Source: Takakia lepidozioides (lineage: Eukaryota; Plantae; Bryophyta). Taken from it: a stretch of 64,000 bases of DNA. Below the pieces are notes generated by a model, which was given only the letters and a program-made list of their open reading frames with translations, was not told the origin of the DNA and did no database searches. Location of the stretch: contig CM060731.1 in assembly GCA_030704615.1 (NCBI GenBank), positions 5,890,001 to 5,954,000 on the forward strand. The letters run 5' to 3'. Positions 21,984-36,251 of this stretch are shown one piece after another. The translations under genes and the position numbers were made by a program. The first letter of the stretch is position 1. The number at the start of each line of letters is the position of its first letter.

Positions 21984-22370
21984 CAGTGTTGGGCGGATAC
22001 AAGAGAATATAATATTAATATAATATTAATATTAGAATTTTAATAGTTTAACTGATTAAATAAAAACTTAAAAAAAATTGCGAGTAAATCTCAATAAAGT
22101 TCAATCAGGGCTACAATCCCCCTGTTTTAAAATTTTATATTTCATGATTATTTATATCCGAATTACTCTATAACCGCCGGATATTAAAATCTAAACATCC
22201 GGACTTATTTATATTCGGCAGATTTTTAAAAACTTCCACTGTGCATAACTGGCGGATATTAGAAATGCAAATTATTCTAATATCCGGATCCGTAGGATAT
22301 ATCATTCTCTAGTTTGTCAAGTATCCGGACCCGGCGGATATTAAGAAAAACTAAGAACCGCCCAACACTG
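21984..22370. mobile_element. hAT-family MITE (387 bp)
   Basis: 13-bp TIR CAGTGTTGGGCGG/CCGCCCAACACTG, perfect 8-bp TSD GTATAGAC (21976-21983 and 22371-22378), and subterminal CGGATAT repeats. Confidence 0.92.
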
Positions 22371-25300
22371 GTATAGACCAATGTTCATGGTTGCACAAAT
22401 TGATGTGATGTGGGTTGAACACGTCAACTTCATGTGTTAGAAGTTCCGTCCTGATGTGCATCACCTCATCTCAAAAACTGACTAATTGTAATTGTTTTTC
22501 ATTCTTATATCATTAATTAATTAATTTTTTAAATTGACCCAAATGTAAGCAACCAGGTAATGCAACTTGTAAATATATAGTTTGAAATTTTAAAAATTGG
22601 CCCCGATTTATATATAATTATTTATTATTTTTTTTGTCTTAGAAATGGGACGGTAAGCCCCGACGGTCCCCATTTTGTGTATTGTATTTGTCCGGACAAG
22701 GCCCAAGAGGTTGTTATCTAGAAACCAAATGATGCGTCTCATACCTCCTAGTGTGTTGTACCCAAGGTTGCAGTCACTGAGGACAATTGGGAACCAGATG
22801 TTGGACCTATAGTCACCGGAGGAGAGAGACGAAGGATCCAGCAATTTCTAAGGGCTTATAGAAATTGCTTTGCCTTCAGTTTCAAGGATTTGGGGAGCTT
22901 GAAGGGTCATGAGATTTAATTCTTCATAAAAGGGCCCTGACGGTCCCCTTCTTAACATGATTAATTTTTTATTTAATTTATCTATTTGATAAATGGAGAT
23001 CGCTAGCGTTGGCTATCCATTTTTGTACTTACGAAATGGGGACCATAGGAACTTGGTGGTCCCCTTTTATTTTTACATTCAATAAATGGGGACCACAAGC
23101 AGAGATGGTCTCCGTATTTCATTTGAGGTCAAGTGCAATTTCCTATGTATTCCTGTGCGTCTCCTACGGCGATACCCATCTAAGCCCAGTGTGCAATCTC
23201 CTATGTTTATCCAATCATTATTGATATATCTCCCATCTCTAGGGTAGCCTGTGCCATTGGCCCAAGTGTCCAATGGCGGAAATGGGGACTGCCAAGGCTA
23301 GTGTATGGGGACAGGGAGCACTCGTGGTTACAATGTTATAGTCTTGGCCAGAATCTCCTCTGCATTGCACATGACAGAACGGATTGTGCTGCCACCTCCA
23401 ACCTACATGTTCAAAATACTTTGGGGCCAAGAATAAACATTGAGGGCACTCAACTTTACCAAGTGAAGTTGATGATATCTGCACCACTGCTAGTTGCCAA
23501 TGCCTGGTTCATGGTTCTTGCATCCTTGATTTTGGATTGAGGTACCCACCCACTATGCCTGGTAGATTGAAACCCTTTGCCCACCATTTTCTGGCTGTCA
23601 ACCTTAACTCCAAATTCAGGGCAAGTGGGTGTAGATGGAAAAAGTACGGTTGGGATGCATATGAATGATGGGATATGGAGTGCACTCAAAACAAGAGGTG
23701 AATGATTGAAACATGCAAAATGGACTGGATAATTTTAATGCGTTGATGGACTGGTCAAGGACTCGTACAGGTGAATCCATATGATAAATAAGGGAACATG
23801 AGGACCAGGCAAACTAGAATGTCCACAATTTCATAACAATGGTAGATATCATAAGAATCTGGAAAACTGGAAACAGCTTGAGTGGGTGCCTCTCCCTTTC
23901 ATAGTTGGAAGCTGTAGGCCGCGCTGCAGATTGCTCCCTTCGCCTCTGTCATGCTTGTCCATACTTTAAACCAAGGCTGGTTCACATGTCAATCCTGTGG
24001 TAGAGCAAACAGACTTCATCTCCACAAAGTCAGGTTCAGATCTGGCCAGATGCCTAGCTGGGCAAGCAATGTCTGGTGAGTAATCTCTCTCTCACTATAT
24101 TTAACTGGATAAGAACTTGTGCATGAGGATGGTGGCAATAGATTGGCATAGAAGATAGACATGCAGTGGAAAGCCAGCCCATATCTTCCAAGTTGATTCC
24201 TTAAAGATGCCAGATGTTAGCATGCGTCATATCTGCATGGCTTCAAACTACTGGCTTGATGCCTAAGATTTAAGTCACACTGAACAATGATGACATGCAA
24301 GATCCGTCAGAAAGTAGATCCTCCTTTCCCTCATGTGAGTTTCCCTCACTATTTGTGGAGTTTGGTACATACAAGCCTTCCAGAAGTATACTGTACTTAG
24401 CCTAATGAATCCATTCGCAACCCAGTCAGGAAACAGGTCTACCTCCTACCCGATACCAAATACTCTCTTTGTGTCTTCAATATTTACACCTCTTCCTCGC
24501 TAGTGACTAATTTTAAACACTCAAATATGGACAAAAGAAAGAGATGATACGAGTGAGAGAGGGTGCAGGATGAACGTCACCCATAGCCGAGAGGGAATTG
24601 CTGCACGGTGCCAGGACTCGAGCACCTGAATATGGAAGATTAAAATTTTATGAAAGGGGGAGCTGGAGGGTTTAAGTCAGAATTCATCTTCATCTCCTTA
24701 AGCAGTTGTGTCATCCTGCAGGTCAACATGCCCTTATCAGTTTCTTACCCTATTCACCACCTTGTCCTCACTATCTCATATAGCTCGATTTTGTCGAAGG
24801 TCAGATAAAGAGAAAGCAAACCAGGGGAAAAAAACCTCATTGTATTGTCCAAAATTCCTAAGAGAGAGGAAGCCATAAGATCGTTTGTGTAATTGGTTGG
24901 CGTATGAGACAATATCACTTGACAAGGAGCAAAATGAGAGAGGGAGCCACATAGTTGGTTAGTGTGCTCCTTCCTTGTCTATAAGTGCTGGCTTTGGTTA
25001 GAGTCTTATCTCTAAAGAGTAACAATCTGGCATTTCTGGTTCAATTCTTGTTTTTAGTACAATTCATCAAATCCCTACTCCCTAGTATTTGTCCTGCTAC
25101 TAAAAATATTTTAAAACCCAACTCTCAAGGACACACCAACCGACGGTCCCAGCCTAGCAGGTAATTAGAGAAATATTACCTTACTGAAATAAGGGAAGAA
25201 ATGGTGGGTCGACAGTGATGAAAGTCGAGCTTCCTCTTCGCGGGACTGATCACAAGCGCACACCATAAAGTTGAGGATTGTCAGGCCTGATGGGACCATA

Positions 25301-26035
25301 CATATTTTGCAGATTTCACAACTGTTGTGCACGAGGTTTCCCCACATTGATATTCATTGTTGTTAATAGTCTAAATTATGAGAGCTGAGTCCCAACAATT
25401 TCAATTTTCTTCTTCAGAAGAAGAATTAAGTCCCTCATGTAACATGGTTAGGCAAAGGGAATTGTTTTGGGCCATAGAGAAAATAAAAATGACCCAATTA
25501 CGTCCAAATACCGCTGTGAGCGTAAGAAAGATGCAAGAAAGACCTAGGTAAATAGAGAACAATACCCGCAATCGACTTGAAAGCCGACTGTATTCTGACC
25601 ATCAGGGCTGGAGCAGCTGACCCGTGATCCTGTTTTCCCATTGCCGACTTTGATGTTCAACTTCATTCCAGATCCAAGCATACACAACTACACATGCTAG
25701 GCCATCCCGACAATGTTAGCTTAATGCTTTATTTCTAGAAAACATACAATAGACAAGTAAAAACAAATTAGATTTGTTATTGTAGAAGACATACCTTGAC
25801 AGAATTGTTGCTAGAGTTGAAAGTACAACCCTCAGTCCCTCTGCATGTTCCAAGCCACAGTTCTCTATGCTACTTAGTCCCTTCATCATGACTTCAATCG
25901 ATAAGTTTTACTGTTTTAGAGTTTACTGAAAGACCCTACCACAATGCACCACAAACCAACAGAGGGACTAAGGAAGAAGGCAATAGAACAAGGAGGAGAT
26001 GGCCTTAACGACATAGTACAACAAGACTGTCTTAA

Positions 26036-26542
26036 TTACCCTCCTTGAGAGGGCGAGGTTGGGCGGCTGCAGCTACACGCATGAACCTTGTTTTGACACT
26101 TGCCAGGAGAGCCCATCCGGTCTTGTAAGGTGCCACCATTCAATGATATTTGAAGGCCTTCACTAGGAGAAGAGATGTTGTAGCTGAGCTTGTCTTTGGC
26201 AGCTTGGATAATAGCAGCTTCTCGTCTGTCTGCAGCATTGTTGAAGACTGCATGCACAGGCACCTTGTTCTTGGGACCAGCCTGGATGACAATGGACACA
26301 GGCCGACCGGACTCTCCGTTTTTTACATTGCATGATCCAGCCTTGCCTCCTTGGCCAAAGGAGAAGTCAAGGTTGGCTGGATTCATACAAATGGTGAAGT
26401 CCTTGCCACCAGACTGCTTGACGGAGATGCTATTGATTTCGGGTGGCACCTTCACATATTTGACGGGCGTGGTCGCCCTGCTAGTAGGTGAGGTTGGGCG
26501 CGATGAGATTCGCAAAGTGTCTCCTCGGATGGTGCACGTCAT
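26036..26542 (-). CDS. Hypothetical 168-aa protein (no recognised domain)
   Basis: Open frame with protein-like composition in otherwise non-coding DNA; RPTSP occurs near both ends. No homology recognised. Confidence 0.35.
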   Translation of the reverse strand: MTCTIRGDTLRISSRPTSPTSRATTPVKYVKVPPEINSISVKQSGGKDFTICMNPANLDFSFGQGGKAGSCNVKNGESGRPVSIVIQAGPKNKVPVHAVFNNAADRREAAIIQAAKDKLSYNISSPSEGLQISLNGGTLQDRMGSPGKCQNKVHACSCSRPTSPSQGG

Positions 26543-28031
26543 CTTTCTTCCTCACCTATCCCTCCTGTCCTACTTATCTGCAGCCTCTCTCGTCCTCTGC
26601 CTGGCCTCCTTGTAATGCCCACCAGAGTTGTACTCATATGTGCATGGTCTCTGCTACGCACACTGGTACAGTTCACCAACCTCTCTTGCCCTCCTTTCAG
26701 GAAATTGCAGTTCCAAACAATCCTCTATCTTCCACCTCTCTGAGCATGCACTCCTAACTCACCCTCCCTCCCTGCCAGGCTCAAGCACCCACCTAAGCAG
26801 GAGAGCCGGCACCAACTCTCTCTCTCACACCAAGAGAGGAATCGACAGCAAGAACGGCGGGCGACAAGGACATTTGTAGAAAAAGCTGTGGCTGTGGCAC
26901 AGACAAGGGTGTGCTTGGTGGCCCTTCAATGGGTGTGATTGGTGCCTTTTCACGGTATTCTGCCCTTTCAAACAAATGCCCTTTCACACCGGCCATGCCT
27001 GTGAACCTTCCTCAATCATCTGCTCGGTCATAGGAATCGAATCTGCAGTTGTTGATAAAGACTACTCATGGTTGAAGTGGTACAAATTTCCAGCCTTACC
27101 ATGTGATTACATGAAGCTCTTTTGCAATCACAATCCATGTTCAATCACTATCCAAACGCTCAAGAATAATTCGGCGATGCAAACCACAAACAAGGAAACA
27201 ATACTGGGATAATAATGACCCTGACATTCATTCTTCCAAATCTGGTGCTCCGGATTGGAAATACAAAAAGTCTGACAAATTCCTCATCCTCAACAAAGAC
27301 TATGCCCTCTATGCAAGTGCTGTTGTTTTACAAAATTGACAGAGTGTAGTGACAATATCTAAGAGGAAACAGTTGTACCAGACAAAACTATCCCAAGTTC
27401 CTCAATGTAAGAGTCCCACACAGGGAGTCTAGTGCCATTACAATGAGGTATATCCTATGTCAAACGACTAGAACATTTAATCTTTTGTTTATACCTACGA
27501 TAAATATAACTCCCGAATTCGAACGTACAACTCAAGTCAATAGAAGAATAATAGCTAAGATCCGAGAATGATGAGTTTGAGTCTGCACAGTTGCAACCAG
27601 CCAACCATTTGAGCACTCCTTCAAGCCAAGTGCACAGACAATTCTTCGTAATATGTGTAGTGTTTCTCCATACTTTCCACATAGTTGCCACTAAATACAT
27701 TCTTCAAACACAAGACTTTGCTGGCCATTCTAAGGCTTTTCCATGGCAATGGCGGACAATCCCCTTTCCTGTTTCACTGTTTGCCTTGTGCCTAGGAAAA
27801 TAGTATCAACCCCACCATCATACTGGCATGCAAACAGCTTCAATTTAGGATGCAAGTGTAGAGCAAACACCTTCACATAGCAGATTAAAGCTGGTGACAA
27901 CCTTCCAAAGCTTCATTGACATCTCAAGTTTGAGCTGCGGGGGACAGCAGATGGAACTTCTTCGCATAAGAGAAATTACCATCCCTCTCTGTTGGACGAG
28001 TCCATTTCCAGCAGGCTGGCAATGGCAGCCT

Positions 28032-31000
28032 TCACTGCCCAAAGCTCATTTCTGAGTATCTGCACACACAAAACAAAACAAATAGGCGATCAAATCCCAA
28101 CCGTCCTGAACAAAGCAAAATGAAACAACAGCCACACCTGCTTAGATATGGCTGCATTACTGCCTCAATTTTGACACCAAGGAAACCCCATCCAATCCCA
28201 AGTATCTCCTGAGAACCACCGCTCATCTATAAGCCATTTCTGAACCAGATCCGTATCTTGATGTAAGATACAACTCAGTCCCACAAACCTGCGTGGTTTA
28301 CTTTGGCGTTGTCCAAATTCATCTGTTCCAAGATCTACAAGAAAAGAGTCACACGACAATAATATTAGGTCCTACTTCAAATTGAATGATGAAGGAATGA
28401 ACAATAGTAGTGATATGAAATGAGATGTCCACATAGCTAAGCAATCCATTCATGCACAGAGAGAACACCAGTGAAATATTTCATTGCTTTATTTTTGTCG
28501 AGCCACTTGTTGGCAAGCCAGTGAACCACATAGATGCTAGACCAAGCCATCATGATCTGTTAGGGGAGTGATGTGTTCCCATAGAATTCATGACTTCCAT
28601 TACTCTGTTCAGACAATTATCGGCAAATTTCAGCTTCATATGATTGATGTCAAGATTCTGAGATTAAATATCCAGACAAGAAGCTACAAGATTGTCTGTC
28701 ACCCTTGTTTTCAAGGGGTTACTTGAGTGGCAAGGTAATTGTTGGTAGGTGCATTCTAGACAAGGTCCACAATAGTTTCTACTTGAGCTATCCTACCCCT
28801 TGTTGTTCTTCAGCAGGCCACGATAAATAGGGACATATAACACAACATAATCTGTTTAGCTTTTAAAAAGAGTTAGTGGAGGACACACAGACGGAAATTA
28901 TGTACAATTGGTTTCAAAACACTAGCAACTTTCACAGTGAAATTATGATACCTCAGTTGTTTTCCTTAACTGCAAGCAGAAAAGAGTTAGCGACGGAGGC
29001 ATGAGACATGTTCAGTATACCGATGGACCGCAAGCAAACAGGCAATCAGTAAGTTCACCTTAACTAGTCAGTTCTCCTTTCTGCTGTGGAAGTAACCAGA
29101 CATTGATGGAACAAGGTGGTACCTGGGCTTGGTGGAGGCTTCCACAGGCCACTTGGCTTTGTCCCATTCAGCTCTCCTCTTCTGCACATAGAGCCCAGCA
29201 AACCAGCAAGGCCTTGACCAACTAGGCATAAAATTTCATGGTCTGCTCTAAAGCCATCCACCGAAGTGATTGCAAGCCAGAGTTTCTATGCCCTGATGAT
29301 AATCAAACCAGAAGAAATCTCTCCCAAAGCAGCTCTTCTATCTTGCTTTCCAAACATGTCTGTAGAATGTTCACTGGCTCAATCGAGTATCTTCAATTCA
29401 CGAGGTGGAAACAACACAAACTGAACAGCACATTCAGAAGGTCACCTACCTTCAGACTCCAGATCAAGGACAAGGTGGTGTAGTCTAGAAACTATAAAAC
29501 AAACTTTTCCCCTTTTAACTTGAACTCTAGCAAACAAACCACTAACCAACAGCTCCACTAGTACTACGTAATGCGCATGGGAGGTTGATCCATTATGGTA
29601 GTTGAGGGATGAGACCTACCCAGGCGGATGAAAAGAGGCTGGCTGGGCTGCTGGCTGGGTATAATACATTGCAGAAGGGGTGCCTTCCACTGCCATATAT
29701 GGTGATGGATATCCAGCCCCTAGCGTGCCTCCTCCTGCCAGTACGGGCACCCTGTACAATTTTCACCAAATTCAGTTCAAAGAACACATGTTATGATCTG
29801 CGCACTTCTCAAAAGCCAACTGTGCAGTTTCTTAAGCTTCTACCCGAAGAATTCAAAATATGCTATTCATGCTTACATCCAGTGCATGCCAAGTCTCAGA
29901 GGAAAGAGCAAGATGTCATTTACCTAGCCCAGAATAAGAGGCAAAGAGAGGATGTGTAGACCAAGCAGGGATGTGCATCATAAACTGAACTGTTCTAAGG
30001 AATACATGCAACTCACCAAGAGCAAGTTTACCACAGAACTAAATCATGCGATCATTATCTGAATTTAGACATCACAGCGCTCAACATACTCTAAAGGTCA
30101 TTTGAGGAAAAGAGGGGAGCTACTGTGGCTATGTGAGAGAGAACGTACTCATAAGACGTTGTTTGCCATAGCCTTGTCACCATTGAGACTGTGGCTATGG
30201 GAGAGAGAGAGAGAGAGAGAGAAAGGGTGGGGGGGGGGGAGGAAAGAGAGAAGAGATGATATGGGTGCCTACCATGTAAGTTCTGAGTTTGGAAAACCAT
30301 ACTGAGGCTGGCCAGAATAGTTGGGCAAGGCCATGCCCACAGCAGACACAGCCATGCCCGCCTGTGCTTGGCCCCCATACTGCACTGCAACTGCCATTTT
30401 TCCCAAAATGAAGATGTTTATCATGGACGTGAAAGCACTCCACATTAACCAAGAGGTCCTGAAAGAACAAATACGCAGGGACCTCCAACACATGGCTACC
30501 AACATACAGCCATGGCATTGAAACACTATTTCATATTGCCGACACATAACAAAGCCATCAACACAGCAGGAGTAATGAACTGTGAAAAAAAATACAAAGT
30601 GACTGCGAAACAAAACAAGGGCAAACCCCTGTTAAATACAAGCAGACTTCTGCAGAACAAACCAGGTGCAACAGGGCGTGAAAATCCCGGGTCTCCAATG
30701 CGCAAGCCACTGCTAGCTCCTGCTGTGGGCCCCCCATTGTACATGTATGAATTTCCACTTCCCCCCACAACCTGGTAGTTGCCACTTCTGCCCCCTCTCC
30801 CACTGTTGCCCTTGTACCTGACAGGCTGCCCCACATTCCCAGGGCTTGACCGAGGTGAAGCCCGCACAGAAGCTTGAGGTTGTTGTAACTGCTGTGTTTG
30901 GGCTTGAGGCTGAGGTGATTGCACCACCTGTGCCTGGCTGCTACTGCCTTTTGTAGATGACGGCACCCCAAGCAAAGGTGGAAGCACCTTACCTTGTTGG

Positions 31001-33926
31001 GGGGGAATGGGTGCCTGGGCTGGCTGCTTTTGCTGTGTGTTGGTAGGCAATAACCCATCCCCTTGGCCATGCCCAGAACTATTAGGCCCACCTGCAGACA
31101 TCCCTCTTCCTGAGCCTGCAACTGGCTTTGCCACAAAAGCTACTGGAGGTGTTGTCGCCCGACCAGTGGCGTTCCTTCCCCCTACTGCTGTGTGGGGCAG
31201 GTCCCTTTCCCTTCCTTTGTTGCTTTGACTCCAACTGGCATTGTTGGCGTCGGATCCTTCTAGCAACTTCTGCTGCAGAGCTCCTGAGGGAAAGAAGGGG
31301 GGCGATGCTGAACTTAGATACGAACCAGTGACAGGTTTCTTGAGAGGGATGGGAGCTTCTGGCTGTTTGCTTAGTTGTTGTGGATCACTACTGCTGCTTG
31401 CTGGGGCATCTTGTAAAGCTTTGATGACACTGCACCAAAAGCCAGCCGCCTCTAACAGTTAGCCCAGGTTAACTATTCCCTTCTTCTCTACCAGAACTCA
31501 AGCAAAAACTGCAGGAAGTACTTGTCCCACATATTTAAAGTGATGTGAAACCATGACATCACCTTTGAGCAAGCTTTATTTCTATCACATTTAGTCACAT
31601 TGCAATTAGTGCTAAAAATAATAGCAATGAGAATTCTTGTGCACAAGCTAGACAGGCGGCTCCAGTTATTCCCAAAAAATATCATGACTGCTCATACAGC
31701 CTGATGAAAGAGCAGAAATTCAGCAACCTCCATCTGAACCGAGAAAGAATTACAAGCAAAGGGAGAGAGGTTCCACACAGACTCTTGACCAGTGATGTAA
31801 GCAAGGAGAACAAAGAGGGGGGAAACCATGCAGCGGAAAGAGATCAAACTCATTGCACAGGAGAGTCCACACATCATGAACTTCTCTAGAAAACATAAAT
31901 ACTACTGTCCATAAAAGTGCTCGTTGGTGCACATAACCCTTGGACTAAACCACAAACACATTTCTAACTGCCATTACCAGGAAATCCTAAGTAAGCTTGG
32001 TGCCAAGGCACCCAGGCACAGAAGTACTGAGGTTTCTTCACACACATTAAAATCAACCCAGAAACTCTACAAAATGTTCCCCTACGGCATTCCTACCAAC
32101 AGAAACACAAAACAAGTCCAAGAAATTATGGAGCTCAAACCAAAAACCATGGTACTTCTTAAACCATAATAAATGTCACCCACTAAGTGTTGGCCGCAGC
32201 AACTGGCTCTTCAGCTCTGATGCTGTCTACTACTTTGGCCCTTGAGCCACGCCCTCTTCCTCGTCCGCGACGCCCACGTGTTTCAGCCACATCCTCTGAG
32301 TCACTTGCCAGTCTGCCAGCCCATCCCCTGCCCCACTCCCTGCCTCGACCACGAGCTCGGCTCCGTCCTCTCCCACCCCTCTGAGGCCCCTACACTCATC
32401 CACCACCCAACCATAATAAACACAGCTGCTCCCAGATACGCAGAAAAATTGGGATCACTAGAAAACCTACAAATAGATGTCTTCTCTGATTTCTATTTCC
32501 ACACAATCACAACCCCCAAAAATTGATGCTCAAAAAATTGCAGCTCAGCTGCTGCAGCTAGCAGCTCCAACAGTCACTTGGATTTCAGATCAAATGCCAG
32601 CAAGTCTCTCAACATCAAAATTCAACTCCCTTGTCACAAACATCAACTGGTATTAGAGCCTCATTTAAGGAAATAACTTAGGTTAACAGTTGAAGCTAGA
32701 ATGCCAAATACCTCCAATTGGAATGTTTCATTGCGAACGCTGAGTTCTTCAAACATGTCATGCAACCATGGCTTCTCATCCTTGGCTTCCCACAATTTCC
32801 TTCCACCCATGCTGCGCCTGAATTCCATATCCAAATATCAATCAACACCCTCCTCTTTCACAGCTTCCTGGTTAGCAGCGCGAATACTAACTCCTACACA
32901 CTGAGTCACTAGAAGTCCCCGCTGCCCATCTACCCTGACTGGAAGAGATGTTCTGCTGGATTTAGTATCAGCTTGAAGTCACAACGCCAGCTTAATCAAC
33001 TGATGCCAACAGTACCATCCTGCAGGATAAACAGGGGAGGGTGATGTATGTACAAGAAAGCCATCTTCACAATGTAGCTCGTATTAACTTCCTTGAATGG
33101 TAAAGTTGTACTTGGAAAGCCAACAACCCGTGCTGATTGTATTAAGAAAACCAGCACGTAGAGAGGCAGCATATTTCACTTATTATCCTCTTTTGACTCA
33201 GATAAGTTGTAAACCTAAGAATACTAGCTTCAATGTGCTGCTCATCTTCATTCAAAATCCAGGCATAATGTGCAACCACACCATCGACATCAGATACCAC
33301 CTGAGACTGGGGCGGGGAGGGAGAGGCGACGACAATTTCTGCATTACATCAAATCATGCTATGCAAAACGGTTAGGTAAGAGGCAAACAGGATAGAAACC
33401 TGGCACGGGCTCCACCATTTTCGCGAAACCGGTCATCATGCATGTAGAAGGCCCCTGCGGTCGGCACTACAAAGGGTTCTGCTTCCTTTCTTTCCTCTTC
33501 AATTACTTCTTTACTCTCGGTTGTAACTGCGACCGAAGTTTCCTGTGCGCCCCCTGGATCTTCCCCACTCTTCTTCACATGCCCTAACTCCTGGCCTCCC
33601 TCGCTGGGACCTTGTAAGCCTTCGCTGTCAGCCTCCCCATCATCTTCCTCGTCACTCCCTTTCCTTCTCCTTCTCAGAAAACCCTCCCCATCGTCATCCT
33701 CCTCCTCTTCGTCCTCGTCTACAAGCGGTATGCCCTCCCCTTCGCCCTCGTCGTCTGAGAACGGTTGCCGCGATGCATCGTCATCAGCCGAAGAGGCCGC
33801 GTCCTGGACCATCCCCCTCTCGTCGTCGTCGCTGGCTTCTCGCCGCCGCAGCGCCAGAGCTGATGCGCCATCACTGTCACTCTCATAGTCCCCCTCCTCC
33901 ACCCCCGACTCCGACATTGTTGCCAT
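28032..33926 (-). CDS. CASC3: CASC3/Barentsz/MLN51, exon junction complex core protein (660 aa, 9 exons)
   Basis: Exons 33926-33400, 32817-32712, 32389-32184, 31429-30663, 30384-30273, 29751-29620, 29181-29123, 28334-28289 and 28059-28032. All are GT-AG and phase-consistent, totalling 1983 nt. Plant Btz motifs: RRREASDDDE, EPFVVPTAGAFYMHDDRF, GRKLWEAKDEKPWLHDMFEE, SASPPFFPSG, NSELTWVPVLAG and KPRRYSEMSFGQ. Confidence 0.95.
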
Positions 33927-34660
33927 CTCTCTGTATCCCTCTCTCTGCTCTCCCCCGCAGGAAGAACACCTTCACAAATAACCCGCTCCCCTCCCCTCCC
34001 TCTCGCCTTTACACGCCAAGAAACACCCCAACCGGTGAGGTTATGTTATGCCACCACAAAGCGTCTCTTTCACACCCTAATCAAAACACTTCGACTCGGT
34101 CCCCTCTCCCTCTTCCCCATCCTTCCTCATCTTTACTAACAAACTCTCTCTCTCTCTCTCTGTCACTCTCAGAGCAATCTAATCTAGCACGCTGGGGATG
34201 TGAAGGAGCAAGAATCCATGGAAGAGCGAGGATGGCAGCCTGCTCGCCTTTCCTCACACATCTCTCTTTCTTTCTTATCTCTTTAGGTTTCCGAATATAC
34301 ACATTTTATTGGGCCATGCCTTAAGGCAAGGACTTATTAGCATCTTAAAGCTAAAAGTAACTTGGACCTTAAGATTAGAAGTAGGCCATGACTAGAGAGA
34401 GTACCTATAGTACGCTTAAGCTAAATAGTTTGGATTTGAAATAGGTAGTTCATTTTAGACTTTAGGAGGTTGGAGGTTCAATCCACAATTTTACAAGAGA
34501 CACCATAAATTAACGCTTTGTGCCATTAACATGATTTATCGTTGCTCGTGACATTAAGGAAATTATGAACCTATACCATGTACATGAGCTTGAGTACCTT
34601 CTTGAGCACCTCAAATCAGATGGATTGTCACTTGGATTTGGTGCTCAAGATAGTCACTTA

Positions 34661-35461
34661 GGGCCGGTTTGCACTAGGGCCCGGGCCCAAGAAAGCATGG
34701 CCCAAAGCCTAGAGCCTTTGGGCCCACAATCGGGCTGAATGAACTGATTAAAATATAATTTCCAAGGAATTGGGCCCTCTTCGTTTAAACCTATTGGGCC
34801 CAAGCCTAAGGCCCAACCTACACCAATATCAGCCACTCTCACCCTTCTTCCATACTCTGTCTTCTACGCTTCTCATTGTCTCCCATCAAATTGTATATCC
34901 CTAAACTATGGAAGCAAGAAGGCATATTGTGGCCTCGGTCCTCTTCATGGCCTTCAAGCGCGTGATTACAACCATTTTGGCATTGCAACAACTTATAAAC
35001 GAGCAATTTGCTAGATTGTTGATGATGTTTGTGTTCATCATGGAAGGAGAAGAGAGAGAGAGGGCTGATGATTGTATGCGCAGAACCTACGTTGAGTGCT
35101 TGCCGCGAGGTGGCTTCCGAGAGTCTCTACTCTCTAGTCTCTACCTGCGTACCACCCCATCTACGATCTGTTTCAATCATATGGCTGCGATAGGCTTAAA
35201 AATATATATCTTAATGGTAGGATTCTTGGGCCCAAGGGAAAGAGTTGGGGTCTCCATCCCATGAGCATTCATTTTGTTGGGCTAGGACCAAGAGTTCGGC
35301 GCCATAAATCATGCCATGTAGGTAGCCACGTGATTTTCTTGGTCTTGGGCCCGAACCCTCGTGTAAACCGCTTGGGCCCAATTTGAGGCTCTTGACCAAT
35401 AAGATTTCTTATTTCTAGCTTGGTCTTAGGCCCGGGCCCGGTCCAGTGTAAACCCGGTCCC
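34661..35461. mobile_element. Degenerate PIF/Harbinger-like non-autonomous element
   Basis: Imperfect TIRs GGGCCGGTTTGCACTAGGGCCCGGGCCCAAG and CTTAGGCCCGGGCCCGGTCCAGTGTAAACCCGGTCCC. Preceded by TTA, with many subterminal GGGCCC repeats. The right TSD does not match. Confidence 0.55.
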
Positions 35462-35489
35462 AATATGGATGTGGCTTGATTTTATTGCA

Positions 35490-36214
35490 AGCGTATGAGC
35501 TGACGGGTACGGCCCGCAAGGTACAGCCGAGGAACCCCCGCTCCGGCAACCTCGTCGGTGAGCAGGACGCCCCATGTCAAATCATCCCCACCCCCCCCCT
35601 CCGACCCCTCCGCCCGTTGCCCCGCCCCCGCCCACCCGCTGCTCCCCGCGCCCGCCCGCCCCGGGACCCCTGACCCGCCCCCCACTGCTGGCCGCGCGGC
35701 GCCCCACAGCACCGCCCGATCTACAGCCACGTGGCGGCCCCCTTTTGTGGATCCCCTCACTAGGTTGATCCCCCTTCCAGTGCCGGAGAGTCCCCCACCC
35801 CCATCTCCAGCCACGTGGCGCTACCCCGAACCGTCGATCCCCTCCCCATCCATCCACATCAATTGAATGGATGACGGCCGGATGAAAGCCCCATGACGCG
35901 CCCATCGCCACGTGGCGCTCCCCTCCGCTGTCGATCCCCTCCTCCCATCCACGGCGCGCTCCCCCGAGACGTCGCCGCTCCCCCCGACGCGCCTTGATCC
36001 CCCTTCCGGGCTGGGAGTGATCCCCCAACCCTAATCGCCCCGCCACGTGCAGATCCCCCGGACCGTCGATCCCCTGCGCATCCATCCGACCTCACAAACA
36101 ATGGATGTTGTGTGTCATCATCCCCCCCTCAGCCCCCCCCCCGCCATCCTCACCCACTCCCCCGCCGTCGATCCCCTCTTCCCATCGACGGCCCGATCCC
36201 TCGACACGTCGCCG

Positions 36215-36251
<37 letters not shown>

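Noticed and set aside
22640-23240. Loose GGGAC...GTCCCC hairpin repeats
   Set aside because: Probably an old TE remnant; no termini or TSD could be defined.
23240-24900. Possible decayed LRR/F-box-like coding sequence on the minus strand
   Set aside because: Stops in all frames and no motif I can support.
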